Positions 31,501 through 38,884 of a stretch of DNA of 64,000 nucleotides are shown here, in pieces. Numbering within the stretch: position 1 is the stretch's first letter; each line of letters starts with the position of its first letter. Source of the stretch: Candidatus Latescibacterota bacterium. GTDB taxonomy: Bacteria; Latescibacterota; UBA2968; UBA8231. A model generated the notes under the pieces. That model was not told where the DNA came from, ran no database searches, and worked only from the letters and a program-made list of their open reading frames with translations. The stretch covers positions 5,376,001 through 5,440,000 of the forward strand of contig OZ252098.1 of assembly GCA_965248355.1 (NCBI GenBank), in the 5' to 3' direction. Made by a program: the position numbers and the translations under genes.

Positions 31501-31766
31501 GTGGCCGTGGGCGCCACGTTGACGTTGCGCCGGAAGAAGACCGGTCTCAGGCCGTCGGGGCCGACCTCGAGGATGTCCACCTCGCCCACGGGCACGTTGA
31601 GACTGGTGACCAGGTCGTTCTGGTAGATCCAGTTCTCCCAGTGGGAGACCCGGTCCACGCGGATCGAGCCGCCCTGCAGGCGGTAGGCGAGGTTGGCCTG
31701 GGCCAAGGAGCCATCCGGCAGGGAAACCAGGGCGATGGACGCCCCCAACGTCAGCAGCCGTTTCAT
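28521..31766 (-). CDS. Secreted protein with C-terminal FlgD-Ig/CHU_C-like domain
   Basis: Signal peptide; discoidin-like IIDGDLTTFW and ATDGNYDTEW; two DxDGDGLxDED repeats; tail FTPNGDGVNDE...WDGRD...PPGIYLC...VAY. Confidence 0.78.
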   Translation of the reverse strand: MKRLLTLGASIALVSLPDGSLAQANLAYRLQGGSIRVDRVSHWENWIYQNDLVTSLNVPVGEVDILEVGPDGLRPVFFRRNVNVAPTATDYTYKDQVRAQGSPTRGGATAKTNDGLAGNIIDGDLTTFWEPDTPADHASRLGAPGDFHLDGLREWEVEIDLGRLVFADSLTFIFPSDQFEGEFPGQPVKAFAIFASMGERFPFPLGSNLRFSLVAQAASGVVGVDGVALVPVPGTDGRYGQMTFPLSPLDRADWDQDGIPDISGTFLQYVRFKATGSDFWRDAFLGSGEEARLAYEALPRERRGAIIHQRRTAGGLLVDLLDNRNQTASDKYQDLPEAKRGPILYYVKEVPRLAEVLVWARGDNYAFRPESRAGASLEHGELGAPELATDGNYDTEWAANTWSPVYVKGTAWYDLGAVFWVDNLSVVNKRINQSNHGAFIGPGILVSDGTLLKPVAMKDRSDFPQLEDGLQWHNIIGEEKLTNRTSKVRIFQEDFPFRKIRFLQIRDLDITGSSSGRYGALATLAEFQLYGEGYPVSVWAYSPPIALTDSRGDFIRKTLPRIVWEGDIIVRETDPLTGQPVERIEPLGSDPDVRLQVQTRTSDQTDSNFTYYEVVTVAGSEERAEVPRERHDQIALEWAAWEYWQTLPSDQRHASRADDDGDGLEDEDPIDFKDNDGDGLVDEDGKKLRRAPRSTFAKDGELAFVGWSNWSESYLPTNGVNEAAVTSPNPRKFIQVRVNLRSEDPFKTARLRSLRIDLAPPLALELVGELALLSGEGAGRALTDLDVLSTDYTPPSGIDPLEPQRFSYFIRSAGPDPTVRGGFDEVLITTPRAARLTGVRIGRVEVASRASALDPDQEETSAVATRFDNVFAPGGDGVFRDSEGQLLEQVMAGPDSIWVRFPFSINTGLPAGEHALVEVQFESQSFREGIEFTSFVRASDSDELVFQRVDTDARDATELVASSTTRVSLTELEGPLIQDVALAPVFTPNGDGVNDELPVRFVLLKVLEERPLEVEFFDLGGRLVGRGQSAAASPKAGYNTFTWDGRDPGGRLVPPGIYLCRIKVEADFEDSQFMRLVHVAY

Positions 31767-31798
31767 GGCGGATCCCTCTCTTTCCGTGTCCGGGCAGC

Positions 31799-34288
31799 CT
31801 AGTAGGCTACGGAGACGATGCGGGTCTGGGCTTGGCCTGCGTCATCGGCATCGGTGGAGATGCTGAGAATGTAGATCCCGGGCGGGACCACCTGCCCATG
31901 GTCGTCGCGGCCGTCCCACTGCTGGGAATACCCTCCCGAGGACAGCTCGCGCTCGATGAGGCGCAGGCGCCGGCCGCCCAGATCGAAGACCTCCAGGCGC
32001 ACCGGTTTCGGCGTCACCAGGCGCTGCACGTCGAGTGAGACGGTCAACTCGTCGTTGATGGCGTCGCCGTTGGGCGTGAAGGGATTGGGCTCGATGCGGA
32101 TGTTGGTCACCAGGTCCTCGCTCTGGGCGGAGATGTCGGCGCTCACCACCAGCGAGTTCCTGTCCGAGAGGTTCTCCGTGGCCGCGAAGTCGATCACGTC
32201 GCTGCCGGTCACCCTCTGCGGCAGGAAGAAGGCCAGGGTATCGAGGGTTCCCTCGCCGCGCGCCAGGGCCAGGATGCCCCGGCTGCTGAAGTCCCGCTCC
32301 GCCTCCGCGCCCAGACTATCGAGGAATACGCTGGCGAAGAAGGGGGTGCGGAAATCGATGACGCGGCAGCGGAAGCGGGCTTTCACCCGAACCTCGCGAC
32401 CCTGTCCGTCGCCGACCGGCTCGATGGCGGGGAAGCCGACGACGAACTGATCGTCGGCCACGTGCACCACCCGGAACCGACCTTCTTCGATCTCGCCCGC
32501 GCCCTCCCCCGCGTTTGCGAACTGCCGCACCTGACCGTCCCCCAGGTCCACCTCCAGCTCCTCGATGGCCTCGCTGCGCACCGGGGTGAAGACCTGAAGG
32601 CGGTTGAAGCCGGTGTTGCCGGCGCCGAGGGAGGCCTGCAGGGCCAGCACGAAGGAGGTGTCGAGGCCGGCGATGACGTCCGCCGCCGGAGCGATCTCGC
32701 CGAAGAGCTCGTCGGTGCTCTGCGGGGAGGAGTACTCGATGCGCAGGTTGCGCAGGATGGTGGCCGACTCCGGGGACCGGCCCAGGAAATCCACCTCCGC
32801 CTGGATGAAGGGACGCCCGCTCGGCGCAGGGATCAGGTCGCCGTTGTTGGCCACCTGGGAACTGCTCCAGAACTCGAGGTCGGGCTCGATGCGGCCGCGC
32901 ACGCTGACCGGGAGGCCGATGTAGTCCGCACGGCTCTGGCGGATGGACGCGCGGTCCTCGGGCAGGGCGGCGCTCCAGATGTCGCGCGCCTCGATGTTGA
33001 AATCCTTGGACTCCAGGTCGACCTCCTGGCCCCAGGTGGGGGAACCCGGCCGTCTGTCGATGATGTTGGCGTTCCCCTCCCCCCGGCGCCACTCCACCTC
33101 GCGGTCGAGATAGTTGATCTGGAACAGAACGTCGGGCTCGGTGGTGAAGCCCGTGCGCACACGCACGATGATCCTCGACCGGGAGGGATCGCCGATCTTC
33201 TCCTCGTCCCAGAAGATCCTCCCCAGGGTGGCCGGGGGCACGGGCAGGGCGTTGGAGGTGTAGGTCGCGGAGCGCACGAAGCCGTCGGCGAAGTACTCCA
33301 TCTCGGCGAGGTCGTAGTCCAGCGGGGTCTGGAAGTCCATCCTCGAGTAGCGCATCTGCACGGGCGGATCGAAGGCCACGGAGATCGTGTCCTGCCGGTT
33401 GACCGGCACGTTCGCCTGGGGGAGGAAGGTGGGAAAGGTGTCCCCGATCTTGCTGAACAGGGGGTAGCCCAGGGGCCCGGTATTCGGATCTACGAGGCTC
33501 AGGCCGGCGATCTCCGTCTCGGTGTCGGGCAGGCCGCGATAGAAGGTGTAGGCGGAGACGCGCACCGGCTCCTCGAGGCTGGGATAGAGGCGGAAGAGGC
33601 GGATGGGGAAGTAGCGCCCCAGGTCGACGTAGAGTCTCCACTTCTGCGTCACGTCCTGTCCAACCCGGTCGATGCGCTCGAAGTGGGTGGTGGGATCGCC
33701 GTCGAAGACGCGGGCCAGACCCTCCTGGCGGCGGATGCCGGTCAGGGCTTGCTCCCAGATGGCGAGGTAGGTGAGATTCAGACTCTTGTTGTACTTGTCG
33801 GCGCCGGGGGGGCGGGGGAAGGACTCGGCCACGTTGATCATGGCCTCGATCTCGGTGACGCCGGCGCGGCGCAGCAGCTGCACCCCTTCCAGGCTGCGCG
33901 GGAAGGGGCTCCAGCGGGGGATCAGGACCGAGCCCGCGGCGAGGAGCGAGCCGTCCGGGAGCTCCACGTCCTGCGGTGCCACCACGTCGGTCCGGGTCAC
34001 GTGGTAGGAGAAGGCGAGGAGGAGGGAGTCGGTGGCCGCATCTGCTTCGTCGGCGGTCAGGTCGAGGGAGATCTCGGGAACGGGGATCCAGCGCGCCGGA
34101 GAGATGGGGCCGATGCCGCCCTCGTGGCCTTCGAGGTCGACCAGCTCGATGTAGGTGTTCTCCGAGACCGACCCCTGCTGGATGCCGGCCCAGGTGTCGT
34201 CGCCGGGAATCGAGAACAGGCGCAACTCGGCGCCGGCGTCGACCGCCCATACCGAGAAGACCAGCGCGGCACAGATCCCGATTCTCAT
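31799..34288 (-). CDS. Secreted protein with C-terminal FlgD-Ig/CHU_C-like domain
   Basis: Signal peptide MRIGICAALVFSVWAVDAGA; VFDGDPTT..VDLGRYFPI discoidin-like motif; tail PNPFTPNGDAINDE...WDGRD...PPGIYIL...VAY. Confidence 0.78.
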   Translation of the reverse strand: MRIGICAALVFSVWAVDAGAELRLFSIPGDDTWAGIQQGSVSENTYIELVDLEGHEGGIGPISPARWIPVPEISLDLTADEADAATDSLLLAFSYHVTRTDVVAPQDVELPDGSLLAAGSVLIPRWSPFPRSLEGVQLLRRAGVTEIEAMINVAESFPRPPGADKYNKSLNLTYLAIWEQALTGIRRQEGLARVFDGDPTTHFERIDRVGQDVTQKWRLYVDLGRYFPIRLFRLYPSLEEPVRVSAYTFYRGLPDTETEIAGLSLVDPNTGPLGYPLFSKIGDTFPTFLPQANVPVNRQDTISVAFDPPVQMRYSRMDFQTPLDYDLAEMEYFADGFVRSATYTSNALPVPPATLGRIFWDEEKIGDPSRSRIIVRVRTGFTTEPDVLFQINYLDREVEWRRGEGNANIIDRRPGSPTWGQEVDLESKDFNIEARDIWSAALPEDRASIRQSRADYIGLPVSVRGRIEPDLEFWSSSQVANNGDLIPAPSGRPFIQAEVDFLGRSPESATILRNLRIEYSSPQSTDELFGEIAPAADVIAGLDTSFVLALQASLGAGNTGFNRLQVFTPVRSEAIEELEVDLGDGQVRQFANAGEGAGEIEEGRFRVVHVADDQFVVGFPAIEPVGDGQGREVRVKARFRCRVIDFRTPFFASVFLDSLGAEAERDFSSRGILALARGEGTLDTLAFFLPQRVTGSDVIDFAATENLSDRNSLVVSADISAQSEDLVTNIRIEPNPFTPNGDAINDELTVSLDVQRLVTPKPVRLEVFDLGGRRLRLIERELSSGGYSQQWDGRDDHGQVVPPGIYILSISTDADDAGQAQTRIVSVAY

Positions 34289-34361
34289 TCCCTTGCTCCC
34301 GGTAGAGAGAGTATGACGGCCGCCCGGAGACGGGGAGACGGGCAACTGCAGCACGAGGTCC

Positions 34362-34376
34362 GCACTCGTTGTGCCG
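34362..34376 (-). promoter_or_regulatory. Possible sigma54 promoter upstream of the FlgD-tail gene array
   Basis: Minus strand CGGCACAACGAGTGC keeps GG-N10-GC spacing and GGCAC; two deviations from consensus. Confidence 0.35.
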
Positions 34377-34457
34377 AAGCGCTTCTCAAGTGCAAAGAGA
34401 GGGAGGAATACATCCCCTCCCTCTCTTCATGGAACCAAACGGATAACTAACCGGTGT

Positions 34458-35351
34458 CTACTGATTCAGCGAGGCCTTGATGCGGCCCCACGAGTTTCCT
34501 TCGACCGCCGTGCCCAGGCCGACCAGTCGGGCGTCGACGAAGCGCTCGGCAAAGCGCCAGGTCGCGGCCTGACCGGACAGGGTGTGGAAGGCCCGGTCCT
34601 GGCCCACGTCCTTGTCGGTGTCCGGCGTCGAGATCTGGTAGCCGATGATCTTGCCGTCAAACAGCTCGGAGGCCTGGCTGTCGTCGGGGCTGTTCCAGAT
34701 CAGGTCGTCGAAGGGGGTGCAGAAGAACTCGATGATGCTGACCGTCGGCCCGTCGCCGACGGAAGTGCCGCCGCCGTCAGCGTAGGGCAGATCGTTGACC
34801 CACTCGGCGCCGGCGCCGAGGTAGAAGACGTGACGGCCCGAAGGGTCGTCGGCGACGGCGATGTACTGCTGCGCCGCGCGGTTGTTGTTGAGCTTCTCCT
34901 CCTCGTCGTTCCAGTCCGGGTTGGCCGAGCCGGTGTAGTCGCCGCCCGTGTGGTCGCCGTCGAGCATGACCTCGATGGCCTCGTAGTTCCACGGGCTGCT
35001 GCCGTCGTACTCCCTGCCGAAGTAGACGTTGTCGATGCGCTCCATGGCGAACCAGATGGTCTGGGAGCTGCTGTTCCAGGCGGACCAGATGCGGTAGTCG
35101 AGGTCGGCCGGATCGTACTGGGCGCCGTCGCCCACCGTCGGATCCTGGTACAGGTCGGTGGGCAGGTAGGTCGCATCGCCGGCCACGTCTTCCCAGTCCT
35201 CGACCGTGCCGTCCGTGAAGTCGAGATCCGTCAGATCGGCGTCGGAGAGCTCGAAAAGGGTGTAGATCCTGTCGCCGATGTGGGCGTTGGCACCCCCCGC
35301 CAGGCCACAGACCAAGCCGAGAGCGACAAGCACTGCGAGGTAGTTCCTCAT
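34458..35351 (-). CDS. Acidic secreted protein, possible CBM9/DOMON-like fold, with C-terminal TAVExxSWGRIKA motif
   Basis: Signal peptide ending ANA; DGTVEDW, EVMLDGDHTGG; ends TAVEGNSWGRIKASLNQ; AAGGAG RBS. Confidence 0.65.
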   Translation of the reverse strand: MRNYLAVLVALGLVCGLAGGANAHIGDRIYTLFELSDADLTDLDFTDGTVEDWEDVAGDATYLPTDLYQDPTVGDGAQYDPADLDYRIWSAWNSSSQTIWFAMERIDNVYFGREYDGSSPWNYEAIEVMLDGDHTGGDYTGSANPDWNDEEEKLNNNRAAQQYIAVADDPSGRHVFYLGAGAEWVNDLPYADGGGTSVGDGPTVSIIEFFCTPFDDLIWNSPDDSQASELFDGKIIGYQISTPDTDKDVGQDRAFHTLSGQAATWRFAERFVDARLVGLGTAVEGNSWGRIKASLNQ

Positions 35352-35462
35352 TGCTAAGGGCTCCTTGTCAAAGAGGAATTTGTTTGGTTGGAAAAGAGAT
35401 ATCTGCAGTCTCTGCAGATCGGGTCTTCAGTGAAAAAGCCGTTGCGTCTTCCCTCCTTTCTC

Positions 35463-35502
35463 GTCGTTAGGGTTGTCGTATGGTCGTTAGGGTTGTCGTA
35501 TG
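35463..35502. repeat. Perfect 20-bp tandem repeat (2 copies) GTCGTTAGGGTTGTCGTATG
   Basis: Copies at 35463-35482 and 35483-35502 in the intergenic region. Confidence 0.95.
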
Positions 35503-35736
35503 TCAGCCTTGCTCCGGGATCCGTGCGGTCGGCTGCCCTCCGCTCAGCCATCCTCCCTTTTCGACATCCAGCCCAACTGTCACTACTCATCCGAGCAGTG
35601 CAGTATGGATCAGGTTGGGAAGCAGGCGGGCGGGGAGGCTCCCCAATTCAGAAAAGGAACTAGTGGGAAAAGAGCGCCGGGTTGTCAAGACCTTTCCACG
35701 ATTCCGCAACGGCACGGATTCCACGGGGTTCCGGTC

Positions 35737-36543
35737 TCAGCGTCCCATCCAGCCCCCGTCCACCAGCAGGGTGGCGCCGTGAACGTAGCGCGAGGCGTCC
35801 GAGGCCAGGAAGACCACGGGCCCGCTGAAGTCCTCCGGCTCGCCCCAGCGCCCGGCGGGGATGCGGTCGAGAATGGCGGCGCTCCGCCCGGGGTCGCCGC
35901 GCAGGGCCTCGGTGTTGTCGGTGGCCACGTATCCGGGGGCGATGGCGTTCACGTTGACGCCGCGCGAGGCCCACTCGTTTGCGAAGGCCATGGTCAGGGT
36001 GTGGATTCCTCCCTTGCTGGCGCTGTATCCCGGGACGGTGATGCCGCCCTGGAAGCTGAGCACCGAGGCGAGAAAGATCACCTTGCCGCTGCCGCGGGCG
36101 GCCATCCGGCCGCCGATCTCGCGGGTGAGCACGAACTGGGCGCTGAGGTTGATCTCGAGGATCCGGTCCCAGTACTCGTCCCGGTGCCGGGCCGCTGGCT
36201 CTCGCAGGATCGTGCCGGCGTTGTTGACGAGGATGTCGATGCGCGGGTGGTCCGACTGCACCAGGTCGATGAAGGCCCGCAGCGCCCCGCGGTCGGCGAA
36301 GTCACACTGGTAGGGGGCGAAGGAACACCCCAGGCGGACGACCTGCCTCTCCACGGCACTGTCCCTTTCCTCCAGGGAGGCCGAGACGCCGATCACGTCG
36401 GCGCCGGCCTGGGCCAGACCGACGGCCATGGCCCTGCCGATCCCCCTCCGGCAGCCGGTGACCAGGGCCACCCGACCCGACAGGTCGAACGGGTGGGCGA
36501 GGTCCGGGCGTCGAGCACCGGGGTCATGGCACAGGGACGCCAC
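35737..36543 (-). CDS. kduD: SDR oxidoreductase, 2-dehydro-3-deoxy-D-gluconate 5-dehydrogenase-like
   Basis: VALVTGCRRGIG, NNAG, FQGGITVPGYSASKGG, NEWASRGVNVNAIAPGY, RIPAGRWG, VDGGWMGR; start uncertain. Confidence 0.8.
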   Translation of the reverse strand: MASLCHDPGARRPDLAHPFDLSGRVALVTGCRRGIGRAMAVGLAQAGADVIGVSASLEERDSAVERQVVRLGCSFAPYQCDFADRGALRAFIDLVQSDHPRIDILVNNAGTILREPAARHRDEYWDRILEINLSAQFVLTREIGGRMAARGSGKVIFLASVLSFQGGITVPGYSASKGGIHTLTMAFANEWASRGVNVNAIAPGYVATDNTEALRGDPGRSAAILDRIPAGRWGEPEDFSGPVVFLASDASRYVHGATLLVDGGWMGR

Positions 36544-36560
36544 CCCAACCGTCCCGGGTG

Positions 36561-37802
36561 TCAGATCAGCGCCCCGTCCCCGGAGAAGCGCATGGGCTCG
36601 AACTCGCCCAGGCGCTCCAGGTCGGGGTGGTCGCTGTCCCGGGCCAGGGGCTCGCTGAGCTGCACGTGCTCCACGCTCAGGGTGTTGCGGATGCGGGCCG
36701 CCCGCAGTGAGGCGCCGTCGTCGATGCGCAGGACCTCGAGCATGGAGGCGATCGCCTCGCGGTCGTCCCCCTTCACGATCGGTACGTAGGCCCGGTTGAG
36801 GAAGGTCGAGGTGAAGGCGTTGGCGTAGGTGGCCTCGAAGTCGATGGAGTCGAAGAGCTGACGGGTGATCACGTCGGCCAGGCCCACGCCGTTGGCGTTG
36901 CCGTGGGTCCTCTCGGAGAGCCTGCGCACGAAGATGCGCGAGACCCCGGGTTCGTCGGGCTCGGCCACGCCGGGCAACAGGAGGCGGCCGATGACGTTGG
37001 TGTCCATGCCGGTGCCGGAGATGTCCTTGCCCATCTCGTCGACGATCAGCAGGTCGATGCCGTTCGCCAGGATGCGGGGCATGTTGCTGCGGGCGACCTC
37101 GAGCAGGCGGGCCTCGCCGCACAGGATGTCGCTGGGGGGCAGGGCGGTGACGCTGGCCGTCTGGTCGTAGGCGTTCTCCACGAGGGCGACGCCGGCGAGA
37201 ACGTTCAGGCGGCCGAGGAGAGCGGCGCCCAGGGCCGGGATCAGCCGCGCCAGGCCCTCGGCCCCCTGGCCATGGGCCATGGTCGCGCCCCGGTGGCAGC
37301 CGAGACCGATGGCGAGCATCTTGACGACGCCGCTCTCGTGGGTGCCGCGGAAGGAGGTGTGGGGCTTGACGCGGTTGATGACGATCACGCCGTCGGCCTC
37401 CAGGGCCAGCCGGTTGACGAGGACGGGCGTGCCGTCGTCGAGGCGGCCGACCTGGACGACCTCCATGGTGGCCTCCACCGGACAGCCCATCTCCTTGGGG
37501 CCGAGGCCGTAGCTGTCCAGCACCTCCTTCTGGCCCTCGGCCGTGGCGCCGCCGTGGCTGCCCATGGCGGGCAGAATGAAGGGCCGGCCCCCGGCGGCGC
37601 GTACCGCGTCGACGACGGTGCGGGTGATCGCGGGGATGTTGGAGATTCCGCGGCTGCCGCCGGTGACGGCGACGCGCTGGCCGGGGCGGATGCGCCCGGC
37701 GAGGCCGCAGCGCTCCAGCTCGGCGGAGACGGCGGCGGCCACGTCGTCGAGGCTCTCGGCGGCGAAGCGCTGCCGGAAGGGGGCCATCCGGGGGAAGGAC
37801 AA
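36561..37802 (-). CDS. Lactate racemase (LarA/DUF2088-like) domain protein
   Basis: VAVTGGSRGI, PAMGSHGGATAEGQ, NRVKPHTSF, GKDISGTGMDTNVIGR, HGNANGVGLAD, RIRNTL. Confidence 0.75.
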   Translation of the reverse strand: MSFPRMAPFRQRFAAESLDDVAAAVSAELERCGLAGRIRPGQRVAVTGGSRGISNIPAITRTVVDAVRAAGGRPFILPAMGSHGGATAEGQKEVLDSYGLGPKEMGCPVEATMEVVQVGRLDDGTPVLVNRLALEADGVIVINRVKPHTSFRGTHESGVVKMLAIGLGCHRGATMAHGQGAEGLARLIPALGAALLGRLNVLAGVALVENAYDQTASVTALPPSDILCGEARLLEVARSNMPRILANGIDLLIVDEMGKDISGTGMDTNVIGRLLLPGVAEPDEPGVSRIFVRRLSERTHGNANGVGLADVITRQLFDSIDFEATYANAFTSTFLNRAYVPIVKGDDREAIASMLEVLRIDDGASLRAARIRNTLSVEHVQLSEPLARDSDHPDLERLGEFEPMRFSGDGALI

Positions 37803-37806
37803 GGGG

Positions 37807-38373
37807 CTATCCCACCAGGGCGCCGCGCAGGTCGTGAGCGCGGTCACGGATCGGTCTCGACGGCGTCGGCACCGGCTCGCCGCCGGGCTCGAGGCGCCAG
37901 ATGAAGACCGCCGGACCCTCGACCTCGAAGTGCATGGGCAGCATGCGGTCGAAGTCCTCCGGGGCGTCGATCGTGTGCACCTGGTGCAGGCCGGCTGCGC
38001 GGGCCATGGCCTCGAAGTCGACGACCCCGGCACCCGGCACGGGCTGATTGCCGGTGACCTCGTAGGTTCCGTTCTCGGTGATGATCAGGCTGTAGTTGCG
38101 GCCCCCCCCCTGGGCCATGGTCACCAGCGTCCCCAGGCACATCAGGGTGGAGCCGTCACCGTTGAGACAGAGCACGCGCCGCCCGGGCTGCGCCAGGGCC
38201 AGCCCGTAGGCCAGGTCGGCGGCGTGGCCCATGGCGCTGTCCACCGAGGCGAAGTCGAGAGGCGTGTCGGACAGCTCCGCCCAGGGCATGGCGACACTCA
38301 TGGTGGTCACCACCACGTCGTCCTGGCGCCGGGCCGCGGCGAGCTTCCTCAGGCAGCGGTACTTGTCGAGCAC
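37807..38373 (-). CDS. ThDP-dependent decarboxylase beta subunit (ComE/phosphonopyruvate decarboxylase-like)
   Basis: AMGHA, ThDP motif GDGSTLM...ENGTYEVTGNQP. Confidence 0.82.
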   Translation of the reverse strand: MLDKYRCLRKLAAARRQDDVVVTTMSVAMPWAELSDTPLDFASVDSAMGHAADLAYGLALAQPGRRVLCLNGDGSTLMCLGTLVTMAQGGGRNYSLIITENGTYEVTGNQPVPGAGVVDFEAMARAAGLHQVHTIDAPEDFDRMLPMHFEVEGPAVFIWRLEPGGEPVPTPSRPIRDRAHDLRGALVG

Positions 38374-38375
38374 GG

Positions 38376-38870
38376 CTATTCCGTGGTGCCCACGAGGAGG
38401 ACCGCCGCCGGCAGCGAGCGCTCGCGGGCGAGGCCGAAGGCCCCGGCGACCTGGGTTTGCGGGTCGCCCTCGTCGTCGAGCACCGAGTAGGGGATGTCCC
38501 AGGCCTTCAGGGTCGGCTCGAAGAAGGTCGCCGCCGTGTCGACGCGCCCGGCGCCCGGGGCCATCGACTGAAAGCCCCGGTAGCCCATGAGCATGACCAG
38601 GGGCAGGCCCATGTTGTAGGCCGTGCCGCGGAAGGCGTCGCCCGTCTCCAGGAACCCCGTGTTCTGGATGATGACGACGGGCGTGACGCCCCCCAGATAG
38701 AGGCCGCTGGCCACGGCGAAGGCCTCCCCCTCCCGGGTGACGCCGATCACCTCCAGCTCGTCGTCGGCCCAGAGCGCCTCGAAGAGGGCCCGCGAGCCGT
38801 TGTCGGGCAGGCCGACGACGTGGGTGACGCCCTGTCTCTTCAACTCGGCGACGATCGGTTCGGACCGCAA
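38376..38870 (-). CDS. ThDP-dependent decarboxylase alpha subunit (ComD-like)
   Basis: GVTHVVGLPD, TREGEA, IQNTG, LMGYRG; TTG start after GGAG at the 3' end of track ORF 38376-39812. Confidence 0.8.
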   Translation of the reverse strand: MRSEPIVAELKRQGVTHVVGLPDNGSRALFEALWADDELEVIGVTREGEAFAVASGLYLGGVTPVVIIQNTGFLETGDAFRGTAYNMGLPLVMLMGYRGFQSMAPGAGRVDTAATFFEPTLKAWDIPYSVLDDEGDPQTQVAGAFGLARERSLPAAVLLVGTTE

Positions 38871-38884
38871 GGGGCTCCGTTCCC

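Noticed and set aside
15469..35351. Canonical type IX secretion or flagellar locus
   Set aside because: No recognisable porK-N, sprA or flagellar genes; only the C-terminal domain resemblance
35463..35502. Possible CRISPR array
   Set aside because: Two abutting copies, no spacer and no cas genes
37807..38870. Coenzyme M or phosphonate biosynthesis
   Set aside because: No comA/comB/comC or PEP mutase nearby
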